A stretch of 63,867 bases of DNA, the filler included, from Lenisia limosa (Eukaryota; Protista; Breviatea), in assembly GCA_001655205.1 (NCBI GenBank). It is 12 parts of 12 records of this genome, joined end to end, with 100 filler letters (N's around TTAATTAATTAA, not from the genome) between each part and the next. Parts side by side here need not be neighbours in the genome. Positions count along the whole stretch, not along the records: positions 9,840 to 27,056 come from LPNZ01002598.1; 11 more parts are not named here. One strand, 5' to 3'. Every line of letters begins with the position of its first letter. Position 1 is the first letter of the stretch. This document shows positions 12,619 to 26,400 of this stretch, in pieces. The position numbers and the translations under genes are program-made. Under the pieces are notes generated by a model. The model did no database searches. It saw only the letters and a list, made by a program, of their open reading frames with translations, and had not been told where the DNA came from.

Positions 12619-15600
12619 ATGAGCAAGACCAAGAGTCTTTGGCTTGGGTATGACCCTACTGCAAGCTATCTCGGCTATTCCGGACCTGTCGGTTTGTCCG
12701 TCTATCAATGTCAGGTATGATAGCTGGAGGGGGGGGGGTGGCACTTTTGCAGATGTTTGTTTGGTGTATTAACAGAAGTAATGATTATTCCGAGTCCAGC
12801 CAGATAATCAGCCCCCGATTCCCAAAGGCTCTGTTCTTGGAAGTGACGTTCAAGTAAGTCTTTCTGGTGACCATCATATATTATAGATTTTCCAATTTTG
12901 TATCTTTTTGTTCTTTTTTTTCCTTTTCCCTTTTTCCCAGAATGCCAAACACTAATATTCACAATATGAGGGTTGAGCAAGGGTGAAGGATGACTTCGTA
13001 GGCTGCTGACTGGTCCTCTTATAACTCGTCATTGTTCCTTGCGAGTGGCCATACCAATGGAACAGTTTCCATTTCTGCCGTAGACAAAACCACGTCTGCC
13101 CTCACTTCATTCCTGAAAATCCAACCCAAGCACCCTCAATCATGGTACGATGCTGTTGTTGTAACTTTCCAGCAACGCTCTTTCATGGAACTACAATGAA
13201 CCTCTCATGGCTGTTGGTCTTGAGAAGTTGCGGAGTGAAAAGGGGCTTAATATATGGGATGTCCAATCATGTATGGCACAGTTCACTGACGAAAATGGGA
13301 GCTTAGGGTGAGTGAGTGTGCTTGATTAGTGATCTTCTAGATTAACACAGCTGCCTTTAACAATTCGCTCCAAAGCAGATAGTAGTAAAGTAGGAAAGAT
13401 GCATTATCAGGCCGAACCAGAAGACCCGAACACACCAGACTTTATCATGAAGTCCAACGTCATATACTCGGCACTTCAATCGGTTGGATGATGTGATTAT
13501 GTGCTGATTGTCAGGAGGGATGCAGTGCTGTTGAGTGGAAGCCGAGAAGCTCTGTCATTTATGCTGCAGGGTACTCAAATAAAGTATATTCTCTTGATAT
13601 CCGAAGTAAGTAAACGTAGTGTTTCACAACTCTAGCTCCTGGGCCGTACCAAAATCCTTCCCCAATTGTCACTCATAGAACACTCACTGTTTCAGTATGC
13701 GTATTCCTACTTTTAATGATACACCAGATCAAACACAGCCAATTTGACGAACACACGTTCTCGACTTTTGCAAATGCCCACATGGTGAAGGTGGGTAGCT
13801 TGCCGAGGTAACATTCAGATTTGGGATGCAAGGGCTGTAAATAAGCCGGTTTTGTCTCTTCAAATGCCAGCAAGAAGTTGGTACACCTTTGTTGTTATTT
13901 TATTTTTTTAGCCACAATATTTGGCATGGAATGGTCCCCTGAGGTGTCTGGTTGTCTTGGTATCAGTATGCGTCTTGATGGCTCAATGATTAGGTTTGTN
14001 NNNNNNNNNNNNNNNNNNNNNNNNNNNNNNNNNNNNNNNNNNNNNNNNNNNNNNNNNNNNNNNNNNNNNNNNNNNNNNNNNNNNNNNNNNNNNNNNNNNN
14101 NNTCTCATTAACCATATACATGTATACACTGTGTAATACCTAGTATATTATATGATAGTATAGTGTATATTACCTCATGTACTTTATATATACAGATATA
14201 AACTATATTATATGATATGCATATAGTATACTTGAGTATATGATATGTTCTCTTATGTACTATCACTATCGATTCTTGATCTCTGTTTGGTTTACTTTTG
14301 ATCCCTCTTTGGTGAAAACAACTCTCTAAATTGCTCTTTCTTTTGGTTGTAAATTCTCCAGACTCTATGACACAACTGGTGTGGCGCACAACACATGGAG
14401 AGACAGATATGTGGACACCTGTCAATGGGTAACTGACCCCTTTAACATGACTGTGTAGATTCCTGCAGATGATGATCGGCCTAAGCCTCGAATGATCCGT
14501 GAGATCCCAATTCCTGGCCGATTTGCTACGTTTTGCTTCCACCCCGAGAAAGAGGACGTCATTGCAGTTTCTAGGTTGGAGTTAAATGGGGGCAATGCCT
14601 TTAGAAAGGGTATGTGAGCCTGAGCACACATCGATATACATATATATATACACAGTATACTGTGTATGAGTTATAGAATACATACTTTTTAAAAAAGTTT
14701 CTTAAAACCGGTCTGTAGTTTAACTGTTTAGTGATTCAGGAGTGTCAGAAATTACGTTGCGTGAGCCGCCAGTGGCATGTTGGGCACCTAACGGTCGCCT
14801 TGTGATTACACCACGAGTCACGAGCCAAGTCCCTGCTGACGAATCTAACACTGCTACTATGAGAAATATCGAGCTTGAAAACATGTGAGCAGAGCGAACA
14901 TGAATGGAAATATATTTTAATGGAATTTTTCTCGATATTTGCAATTTTGGAAAATTATTCAGTGGATTCTTTTTTTTTTTTGACAAAAAGACAGCTGAGA
15001 AGGTATATTTCGGCTGTTTATGGTTCAAAAAGATTAAAACAAGTTGTAAGAGTTGTAAGAGTTGTTTTGATACGGGTTAGGCTATTAACAACTCTTCACG
15101 GAAGAGAAACGAGGTAATTCAAAAAGAAGGGTGATCACTAAAGACAAGAGAAAAGATTGCTCTCGATCCCCCGTCCTCTTGTTCAAAAACCAACAAAAGT
15201 CCATCTGGTGTTCATTTAGCCTATAAAAAATGGATCGGTTGGGCTTCACTTTGTTTCGAAAAAAGACCGAATTTCTCGATAAATCTCAAAACCTATCGAT
15301 ATTTTCCCGAACCGAAGTGCAGCCTTATGGATCGCTAACTTTTTAATTTTCCTTCTCATTGGCTTTACTACTTCTAACCTTACCAATGTTATCATTTTTC
15401 TGAATAACCTGTTTAGAAGCCAAGAAGCAAGAGCGGCCGTTTCACTTCCTGCTACTTTCAGACAACGAGCAATAGATGGTTATTGTGAAATTGTGGGAAG
15501 TCGGATTTCTTACATTTCTAGCCAGAGAAAAACCTGGAAATTTTACCACAAGGTCATGACGCTCGAGTTTTATGGGAATTCCTCTCTGCTAAAGAGAAGA

Positions 15601-18312
15601 GCACATTCATGGGTGATGGTTGGAGACTTTTCTAATTGACGCAACAGACGATCCCGAGGCCCTGAATCCTTTCCAAGGCGCTTATGCTCTTGCATGTTCT
15701 CCTAAATTCCGTTGGCGTGCTCATGATCTTTAATCTGACTTTTCAGCTAAAGACCATTCACAAATCCCTAAAAAGTATCTTTTAACCTCATCTCAAGACA
15801 AAGGATTGGGGTCACAAACGGTGCGTGGGTCTCTTTCGTTATTGCCTCAGGTATATCGGTCCCGCAGACGAATGGCAATTGAACATATTGTGTCGTGGCC
15901 TTCGAGTCCGGAAAGCGCTACCCGATTGGTGGACAAGTATTGAAGCTGAACAGTTGTCGTTTTTAACTTTTTAGGCTTGTATCTGAAGGCAGTGTAAATC
16001 GGTAAGCTTCATATTAGCACCATAACTCCTGTAACCCCACAGTGCTGCATGTATTGCAGTTTTTCACTCTGACCTGAACGATGCTGCTCGAATCTTAAGA
16101 ACGGCTTCAAAACAATCCCAACAATGGGGTATGTCTTTTTAAAAAAAACAAGAGAAATATTATACTACATTAGAAATCCAGGTAAACAAATAAATACAGA
16201 GGGATACCATAAATAAAATACCATACCTTCGCGCCCACAATGTCTCTGGTTTAAGATCTGGGTTTTTTTACTACATAGGGCCTGATGGTAACATGGTAAC
16301 CTTAGCGCTGATTGGACAGCCTCCTGAGGGGATTCAAAGAGGTAAGGTGCCCTTTACCTTATTGTAGGGCTCCGTGTAATTAATTTTTGAAGACATTAAT
16401 TGACAAAATTTGAAATTGGTGTCAGAAATTGAGTTTACCTTACAATATGTCGCACATCAAATTTTGATATTATTTTTCACGGAGCCCTACCTCATTGCAT
16501 AGATCTTTGGAGAGACACGTGTTCTTCTTTAGCAACTACAGCAAACGACCCCTTCCTTTGGTCGGTACATTGATGGAGCATTGTTTTACTCTGTCAACAA
16601 TTAATATCTTAGCGCGATGTTTACGTTCCTTTCATTGCCAGCAAATGACACCAAAGGCCTACTAAACCTTGTTTTAACCAACATTGCAAGGAGTAAAGAA
16701 TCCAATGCGCTACCGCTTACTGATATTGCTGGATTTGCTGCACGATTCCTTCCTGATGCACAGGTGTGTGTTATCTGACGTGTGAAATTTTGTTATTCAA
16801 CCAATATCTTTTGGTGTTTTATTAAGAATCCCATTCACTTCCTTAGTTGAGAATGGCGATGGAGAAAATGAAGGAAACAGTTATTCAGTCCGATTGTCTT
16901 TCTGCAATATATATACTTGGTGCAGGCATGTCTGTAGGTCTTATTGTTGAATATGACACCAAAGATGGTTGACGTATTTCAAAACTATATCGACACCTCC
17001 TTTGACGTCCAAAGTGTTGCCTGTTTCTACCTTGCCTCTGGCGCCCCTCAGACTGACAAAACAAAACGATGGGTTGAAATGTAAGCTCTTGCTATGTGCT
17101 ATGACAATTCAGGTACCGTCATCTTTTGAACCGATTCTGTTTGGGAGTATTAAGAAATGAATTTGTTGGTGGGGATTTGTTTTCAGCTTGTCTAAAGCGG
17201 GGTGTGCACCGTTTGGTGATAGTGCTACTAACCGCTCTACCCCCATATAAAACTGTTCAATTGAATAAAACTTGCATTCCCGAGAAGGAAGGCTCGAGAG
17301 CACGAAGACACTCTGTTTCAGAGAACGCCAGGATTGGATGGATATGGATATTTCCTTCATTTGATGGTGCAAATTCCTGAATTCTCGATGTTCTTCTCTT
17401 TTCAAATGATTGTATCTTTTAATAACAATCAAACCAGAGAGCAAAGGATAAATATCAGGAAAGGTTAAGATCACTCAAAAAAGGAAAATGAGAAATCACT
17501 TTATTTATTATATTTATTTTTTTTTGAAAAGAAAAAAAAAAACTTGTGTAAGTCTCGAACCCAAAGCACATCTCGCTATAAAACATAAGCATATCTTGTT
17601 TTTTGTTTTATTGCCTTAGGATCACAAATGGCCTGCTGGAAAGGGACCAACTATCCCGAAGGTATGAAAATGCCCATTCATATTTAACTGATTTTTATCC
17701 AGGTTGAAATAAGTTGTCGTCACTGTGGCCACCCCTATGGGCAACCCGGAAAGCAGCAAGTTGGTCACTCAAGTATATAGTCACATCATAGGTTCAAAAA
17801 CATGTTGGCCATCGAAGAGGACTACCACGAAATGTGAAGAGTGCGCCACCTCAAACCGTTAACGTTTGCATTGTTTATACAGTGACCAGGATAAGTCTTG
17901 ACCGATTTGCTATGTGATTAACCATGGAATATCGGTCAAGATTTATCCCGGTCACTGTATGTTTACACTGGCTTGTTTTGTAGATCATTACTGATCATAT
18001 AGCCGCGTTACTGCAACAATTGCCGTAAGCCGCTGCCTGCCTGTGTGGTTTGCTTGTACCCAATGGAAATTCCTGGTGACAGTGCTCCACCCCTGCCACC
18101 TGACCTTTTGTTCACATGGTGCCAGAAATGTGGTCACTGTGGCCACGCAGGGCACTATAGGAAGTGGTTCAGTGAAAGTGGTTCTGACGAGTGCCCCGCG
18201 CCAGGATGTACATGCAAGTAGGCTGACAGGCTGACCTTCTTTAATCACTTTTAGATGCTTAAAGCATGACCCGCCCCCTCTTAAGCCTCCCACATCGGGG
18301 GACTCATGGTAA
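12619..18312 (+). CDS. MIOS: GATOR2 subunit MIOS/Sea4 (WD40 N-terminus, C-terminal zinc-ribbon/RING), many short exons
   Basis: N-terminal exons FLASGHTNGTV..PKHPQSCNALSWN..LMAVGLEKLRSEKGLNIWD. C-terminal CNNCRKPLPACVVC..FTWCQKCGHCGHAGHYRKWF..ECPAPGCTCK|CLK, with the last Cys supplied after a 37-nt intron at 18218-18254. Start ATG 12619 is inferred. Confidence 0.85.
15239..15327. mobile_element. MITE-A copy in a MIOS intron
   Basis: TSD TGGATCGG / TGGATCGC (7/8). Confidence 0.9.
17880..17957. mobile_element. MITE-B, 78-bp Tc1/mariner-type
   Basis: CAGTGACCAGGATAAGTCTTGACCGAT...ATCGGTCAAGATTTATCCCGGTCACTG, flanked by TA on both sides. Confidence 0.92.
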
Positions 18313-18844
18313 TGTATCACTTACGGCGACATTCTCCTGTGATTCTTACGTTCCTTCATCATCAATTTGCTGCTTGTAACTGGTTGAGACGCACAATTGA
18401 ACAATTAGTGTTGACATCAAGGCGGGTCGATGTGTTGTACTTTGTTTTTATTTGAGTGAAAGATCACTGGCTGGGATTCTGATCCCACTGATATTCTGAT
18501 AGGATTAGGACTGTAATAGGGCTGGATTTCTGGATTTGGACTGGATTAGGCAAGGATTAGGACTGGATTAGCTGTGGATTAGGACAAGATTAGGAAGGAC
18601 CAAGTCCACTTGCGATTTGACTCGTTATTCCAGTTGATAGATAGGATTTGATGGTTGTAAGGAGTCTAGGATAATTTAACCCCCAGAACTTTAATATATT
18701 TAAGTAAATAATGAAATTTCAAATTAGGATTCTAGTTGAATAAAACATCATCAATTCATCAATTAACTGCTTATGTTAACTAACGCAAAGAGGAAACAAA
18801 ATACAAATTGGTAATTCTGAGAGAGAGATGAGCTAGAGAGCATA

Positions 18845-21800
18845 ATGAATGAAGACGCACTCTATGATGGCAAACAGCCTGAATTGACTCCGCAAATACT
18901 CCCAATTCAGGTAGAGACGTCTCTTTCCGTGACAAATGGTCATAATCAGCCTACGGTTATGATTGACGGGAAAGTTCGCTTTCCATGTAGCTTTGCAAAT
19001 TGCAACAAAACTTTCTCAGCGCCCCACAACAAATTACGTCATGAGAAGCTTCATTTGGTACGGTTACATTCTTGCAGTTCTAATATGCCGCTAACGATAC
19101 AGGGGATCAAACCGTTTATTTGTCCAATGTGTCATAAAGCTTTTCAACGACAATCAGATTGCAAGGTGCGGATTGGCTTCTCATCCGAATCACTTTCTAA
19201 ATCTTACAGGTCCATATTAGGACCCATACTGGTGAACGACCTTATGCCTGTGGTTATGACAGCTGCGGAAGAACATTTGCGAGCTCAAGCGACCTCTTCC
19301 GACACCAAAGATCGCACACCAAATCTTTCAACTGCGAACTTTGTGATAAAGATTTCAGCAGGAAGTGGGAGCTGAAGGTACATCAAGCAAGAAAACACGA
19401 TGTTCCTTTTGAGAAAGGTAAGACTGGCGGTAGAACTCTTTGTTATGACACTCCAGAACAAGCCTCTCGAAAGGTCGAAGTCATTAACCCACCATCGTTC
19501 GCAATTCCTGGTGTTGCAATGCCANNNNNNNNNNNNNNNNNNNNNNNNNNNNNNNNNNNNNNNNNNNNNNNNNNNNNNNNNNNNNNNNATCATATGTAGT
19601 TTTTCTGAAAATAATCCTGTTTTTTTTTTGTTTTTTTTTCCTTGTCTTCAAGGTGCCTTCTTCTCTTACTTCCATAGTCATGCGGTCTGGGTACAGTTCA
19701 GGTGGAAGCTCATCTTATTCATCACTATCATCGTCAGATCTTCAAGTTTGTTTGGCTTTATTCTGGACTGCTGAAATGACACGTCATCAAAATTTGTTTA
19801 CATCCGAACCGTGCACTCCAACAATTCCTTACAGCACGTGTATCATAAATAATACTTCTCTGTAGCTCATAAAAGACGAATTTATCAACAGTTTTCGTCA
19901 TCATTGCAAATGATTTTATCTTTTGGAGAGTTGTTTGACTTTCCCTACTTATTTCTAGAAGCTTGACATGGCGCCAATTCCTCTCCCAATCATTCCCAAC
20001 ATCCGTAAGCGGTGGCCTTTGTGTTCTCTTGGGTCACTATTTGTTTGTATTTGGGGATTATCGATATTTATGGATATGATGTACTCTATTCAGTATTATT
20101 TTTGGACCGAAATGAAGCTTAAGTTAGTCAACGGCTTTTTTCACCCCGAATTTTTTTTTATTTTTAATCCCCTTAGCACCTCCCGATCTTGTTGATCTCG
20201 ATGTTGACGCTTCCATACCACCTCCTATCCCCGGTGCGTGAGAGGAAATACCCACTCCTTGTGATGCTTCAGGGACGGGATAAGGGCTTTACCTCGGTTC
20301 GAAAAAATCAGTAAAATCTCGATGATTTTTGATGATTTATCGAGAAATTCAGTCTTTTTTCAAACCGAAGTGAAGCCCTAGACTTTGTTTTCTGTTAACC
20401 CTTCATGTAGATCTGACCCCATCTGTTTCGTTTGTTTTATTTTAGAAGCCCCCTCTTGGTTTTTTATTGATTAGGTATCTTCCCTTCCATCGAAAGCCCC
20501 TTCATTTTCGCTCCTCCACAGGTAAGCGTCTTAAAGATGTTGGTCATTATGAATATCGTAACTGTTGTTCTCTAATATCAATATTAAACACATTTGTTAC
20601 ACTAAATCTAAATCACGCAAGTTACGCTCTCTTGTATCCTTTTTGTCCTTCCACCGAGCCAGGTTTCGTAACTATAACCTGCTTTAACTTTGCAGCTGAT
20701 GGCGGCGGCGGAAGCAACCCCCCTTGCGTTGGATGGAGCACCAATAAGCCAGCCGATTCACATTGAACGCACTCCCATCGCACCTGTTTTCACGTAAGAC
20801 TAATTCGTTTCGACCCCAAATTAACGTTTTATTTCGAATATTATTGATATTTGTGGTTTTATTTGATTTTTTGTTTCGACAGTGCCCACAAAGATCCGTT
20901 TCTTCACCCTTTTAGCCCTATGATCAATACGAGCATGGTCCCTTCAGCTCCTTCTCAGCAAGAATCCGCAACGGTAGGGTCTTTGGATAAGAATTACTAT
21001 TCCCACAGTACCAAAAACAAAGAGACTGAATTTCTCAATAGATCCTTGATTAATATATTTCATATAGCTATAGATATCTATATAGTATATGATAGAAGAA
21101 GGTTTTATATTCTGCTTGGGAACTAACGCTCTGACCTAGTCTTTTGCGACTATTATCCTTACACATAGGGCTTCACTTCAGTTCAAAAAATTCCGTTAAA
21201 ATATCGATAGTATTTATCGAGAAATTAAGTCTTTTTTTAAGCCGAAGTGAAGCCCTCCTTATACTGATGTAATACCCTCTTACAGCTTAGGGGCAGATGG
21301 ACCTCTTCAACAAACTGCATCAAATGCCAATCTACCCTCCACCAACAGGTACTTTTTGGTGGACAGAAAAATAATGACACAATAAATACGGAGGCCATGC
21401 TATGTTGCGGTAGATGAGATGATAGAATATGAAGGCGACCTCTCACCCCAGTAGTCTCCCAACCCACCGCTCCCGGAATCTCGCCAGACCTCGCAAATCT
21501 CTTGTTGATGCAGGTTTGTCTCGTTATGTATTGCTTCTTCGTGCTTTGCAATTTCCGCTATTCAGTTGAGTTCCACTAAAGTCCAACATCGCAATAAATT
21601 TCTCTCAAATTATTACTCCCTCAACTTGTTCTGGATTTGCCTAATCCTTTCCATAACAAATCACCTTCGGCTATAGCGTTTCATTCTCGACTTTTATCGA
21701 GGATTTATCGAGAGTTTATTGAGGGTTTATCGAGGATTTATCGAGTAATTCACGTTCCAGAAGTCAGCCCAGGACCCAATGGCCGGCGGCTATATGCCAA

Positions 21801-22063
21801 TGAACCTCCCCGGCCCGGGTGACAACATGGTCTTGCCTCCCCTCCTCAACCAGCAGCATCCGGCAGACCAAAGTGCGGTGGCGTCAGCAGTCAACTTGGC
21901 GTCGTCATTGGTCCCGGACCAGACCCCGACACTCCCGCCGCTGCCGGTTGATATGAGCGGCTTGTCGTGTCTCATGCCAAATGACGGTGGAATGCCGACG
22001 GATTCTCTTCCTGCTTCGTCTTCTCAAAACGTAGGGCCTTCTCAATTGAACGAATGCTTTTGA
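18845..22063 (+). CDS. C2H2 zinc-finger transcription factor (4 fingers) with probable Pro/Ser-rich C-terminal region
   Basis: Four C-x2-4-C-x12-H-x3-4-H fingers with a HTGERPY linker across exons 18845-19417. Linking the downstream low-complexity exons (to TGA 22063) into the same gene is inferred. Confidence 0.7.
20281..20380. mobile_element. MITE-A copy
   Basis: Both TIRs present; TSD poorly conserved. Confidence 0.85.
21166..21257. mobile_element. MITE-A copy
   Basis: TSD CTTACACA / CTTATACT (6/8). Confidence 0.88.
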
Positions 22064-22544
22064 GAACAATGTCCTCGATAATCGCTGACAGTATTCTAAC
22101 TTCTTTAGTTTGACCACATCCAATTGCCGCATGTAATGGAAAGCGGATCTACACAGGTATGGCTGTTGAGGAACGCAGAAGCTGTGTGCACAGAGTTTTA
22201 CGCAAATGATTGAGTGAATTAATATTATACTANNNNNNNNNNNNNNNNNNNNNNNNNNNNNNNNNNNNNNNNNNNNNNNNNNNNNNNNNNNNNNNNNNNN
22301 NNNTGTTCTAATTCTGCGTCCATGATTTTGTCCATCCGTTAACTCTTTAGAATAATTACGTCGCAAATAATCAGTCATTTTCTTCGCCTCCTATGGTATG
22401 TGTCTCTGGCATGCTTCTGCTTCTCTCTTTTTTTTTTTCTTTTTTTTTTAATATTATTATTTCATTCTCCTCAATAAATTCCATTATTTCTCCTATTTTT
22501 TCTGAACGAAGGAAAGCCCTTTCCATACCCTTTTTACCCCACAC

Positions 22545-22662
22545 AGCAGAAGCGACCTGGGCTTTGTTTGTTTTGTTGTCATCAACCCTTGTGTGTTATC
22601 ATCCAACAGAGTTGATTTGGGCTCTTTTGTTTCATAAATTTTCCCATTTTACTCCCACCCAG
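22545..22662 (+). repeat. Family C intronic repeat
   Basis: Consensus match ending ...CATAAATTTTCCCATTTTACTCCCACCCAG. Other copies at 35242-35425(+), 38375-38462(-), 52361-52435(+), 60535-60609(+) and 62712-62800(+). Confidence 0.85.
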
Positions 22663-23439
22663 CCTGGGGTAGAGGACAGACAGGAGCCTGAAACTCTACA
22701 CATGCTCCCAGTAGGCTTGGAGGGGACTAACGATTCTACTTTATGGCATATTATCAGCTTTCACGAATGCATACTTTTTGTATCATATGTTCAAACTGAT
22801 TTTCGTTTTTCTTTGCTACTATTACTTAACTATATAATGTGTCACCAGAGTTATTTGGACATTGATGATAGACAGGGAGTGTGCAATAATGTTCCCGTTT
22901 TACTACCCTTTCCTTGTAACCAGTAGGAACCGTCTTACGGAGCCAGTGCCAGAGCATTTGGTCTCGGCCTTCCGCCAAAAATGCCATCTTAGTCTAGATT
23001 GTTGGTAGAGTGATGCGTTTGATCACTATTGTTTTATTTCAGGGGCAGTTTAGATTCGGTTGATGTTTTTTTTTTTTTTGATATTTGGTTGTTTCAATGG
23101 ATAGGTGCTTTTCTTCTGCTGTGTGTTCTTGGGGAATAAACTTGTTTTTATTTATACTAGATGCACTTAGTGTGTTAGCTTATTATCCCATCATTATCCG
23201 ATCATTATCTCTCTCTTCGTCCCAGTTCATCCCTCAATCATCCCTTCATCAACCCATCAACTTCACCAACTTAGATGTGGATGAATCACCATCATTGGTC
23301 ATCTTGAAGAACCTAACCAGTCAGTAGTTAAAATGTGGCGGCGCTGGGTTTTTGTGCGAAAATAAAAAAATTTGAACGCCAAAACACTTAAAACAGACAA
23401 AACAACAGAGAGACTAGTTTCTATAACGACGATAAACAC

Positions 23440-26400
23440 AGTCAGTCCAAACACGCCGAAAACTGAAGCCAAGGATTGACACAAGGTGTTTTCTCAAGAT
23501 GAACGGCGTATCATGGAACTGGAACTCCGGATCCCCCTCAGATAACCTTTATGTACAAGAAAAGGCCTTTAAAGGCGACAGGGTCCAGTCGAATATCTTC
23601 CGAGTTTGAGGGGTATCTTTTCACCGTGAGTCTCTCTCGTCCCTTCTCATGCATAATCGGTTGAAAAATATGAATATGTAATGATTTCCGTGCGAATTCC
23701 ATGCTATACTCTTTAAGGTGACAAGCGGCTACCTCACCTCATAGGAGCTCCATGATCGGTGCCGTGAGTACTTCATTGAAAACAACCGCTCCACCTCCTT
23801 TTCAGAAGAGAATGCCATCATGAACCGCTACTCCAACATCCACCCATGTCAGTGGTTATGTTGTATATTCTCCTATCATCATCCTCAGGGTTACTGGGTT
23901 ACTTGGGGCCTGGAGGGGGGTCTATCTAGTCTATCCAAGTGTTTTGACAGAAAACTCTTGCAGAAATCCCGTCCTATGCTTTCTATTCTCTAGAGTTAAG
24001 ATTTATGAACACAATAGTTAGATCTTACTAACACGCTCATCAATATTATGATAAAACTGACGTGGACAGATTTACTCTTTGCCATGCAATGAAAAAAATG
24101 TACCAATTTTATCACTCCATACAAGTGTTGGTAGTCATTGTCATCCTTTTCTACCTTTTTTTAGATTTCCACACCTGATGTACCTAGGGCTTGCTTCACT
24201 TCATTTCGAAAAAGTTAAAATATCGATAGTTTTCGAGGATTCGAGAAATTCAGTCTCAAACCGAAGTGAATCCCTAGATGGACCTGACATATTCTTCCGG
24301 CGGATAACTCATGCAAAAGCGAGATTCTGAACAGTTTTGCTCCTATATAGGGTTCCACTTCGGTTCGAAAAAAGGCTGAATTGCTCGATAAATCTTCGAA
24401 ATTAGCTTTTACGGTATTTTTCGAACCGACGTGAAGCTCTACTCCGATATCATCCCAGTCACCAACCAAAGCCGCATTCTCACATCCAGACAACGACAAC
24501 TACGTGTCCTTGAGGGAGCCTCTTCCTGGAGTTAAGTTCTGCGACCCCCAGTACGTCAACGCTTCAAGGGTTCCAGTGGGGGGGGGGCGTCTGAAATAAT
24601 TCGGGTGAAGTGTTTGTGTCCAAAATTAATCATGTCAGTCTTGTATGGAACCGTAGGCATAAAGTTGGCAAATTATTAGGTGAATTAGTATTCAATATCT
24701 CTAATAAGCGGAATGGTGTAGATGGCCTCGGCCATACAACCTTCCTATTTTTGTTTCTTACCTATACATAGTACATATGAAACAGTAGAAATAGGGCTTC
24801 ACTTAGGTTCGAAAAAAGACTGAATTTCTCGATAAATATTCGAAAACTATCAATATTTAACCAGTATTCTTCGAACCGAAGTGAAGCGCTAAGTAGAAAC
24901 AATCGATTTGTTCCCTCGCGACGTCCAATTGATTCCTCAGGACTACACCATGAAGAGTGCTGGCTATATTGCGATGCAAGGCCCCACGACGGAATCCAAA
25001 TACTCAACCTGGCAGGTATGGTGGGTTATTCCTTAGATTTTATGATTGCATTGTTTTGATCTCAAAAACAAACAATACATATTTTGTCTGTGGAGTTGAG
25101 TCTTTTGAGATTGCCCCAATGCTATTATTATTCCTTCGTTTTATTTACCCCCTTTGTTTTATTCCANNNNNNNNNNNNNNNNNNNNNNNNNNNNNNNNNN
25201 NNNNNNNNNNNNNNNNNNNNNNNNNNNNNNNNNNNNNNNNNNNNNNNNNNNNNNNNNNNNNNNNNNNNNNNNNAGATTATTCGGTTTGTGATTATACCAT
25301 TACGCCAATATTCTTCATCGAAGTTTCCTTCGTTTTACTCCCCCCCCCCTCCTCCAGATGTTCTTCGACGAAGATGTTTCAATCGTTCTTATGCTAACTG
25401 GTGTAGTGGAGAATGGAATGGTAGGGGGATGCTGCAATAGAGGGCGATGAGTAGGGCTTCACTTCGGTTCGAAAAAGACCGGTATAGTGTCGATAGTTTT
25501 CGAAGATTTATCGAGAAATTCAGTCTTTTTTTGAACAAAGTGAAGCCCTAGTGATGAGGAGTGTGATGTAACGGCCCCTCACATTTGCAGCGTAAATGCT
25601 CGGTATACTGGCCTGAAGAAGGAGACGAGTTAACCGTTCCCTCTGGGCTTGTTGTCAAGCCGCTAAGCGTTACAGAAGCCTTTAATAACGTCACCCTGAG
25701 AACGTTCGAGTTGTCCAAGGTTTGTTAGGGTCTTCAGTCCAAATAAGTTTTGTTGGTGCCAATTCGTTCTTAGTTGGTCAGGGAGAACCATACGTTCCCC
25801 AAACAAATCAAAATATAATTTCTAATTTATCCAGGGTAACGTGACCCGACAAGTTCGGCTGTACCACCTTACATCGTGGGGTGACCATGATGTAACTAAT
25901 GTAGCGTCAATCGAATACCTTGTTGATGAGGTGGGGTGTGGGACAGCATCTCCGTAGAACTGCACTTTCGGTTCCAAAAAAAGAATAAATCATCGATAAA
26001 ACCTCGATAAATCCTCGATAAATATCGATATTTCACACGGCTTTTGGACCGAACATGAAGCTCTATTGTCATCTAAGGATGAACTTTGCTTACTATTAGG
26101 GCTTCACTTCTGTTCGAAAAAAAACCAGAACAATATCGATAGGTTCGAGAATTCCCTTACACTTTAGCTTGCAAAACGAAGGACCGCTGCACCAGTTGTG
26201 GTTCATTGCAGTGCTGGCATAGGCCGCACGGGGACGTTCATTGCAATCGACTTGATCAGCCATGTACTCAAATCCGCTAATGGCAAGGGTGGGTGTTTCC
26301 TTTGGGTTTTTTTTTACAATTCTACGAGTCTCTTAGCCTGGCTGACTCCCGCAGGTAGAACTGTCGATATTTTTCGAATCTGATATTTAGCCTTTTTTGG

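Noticed and set aside
18219-18221. TAG at the position of the last conserved MIOS cysteine (possible stop recoding)
   Set aside because: It lies within the GT of a 37-nt GT-AG intron, and splicing restores CTCK|CLK. TAA, TAG and TGA all act as normal stops elsewhere.
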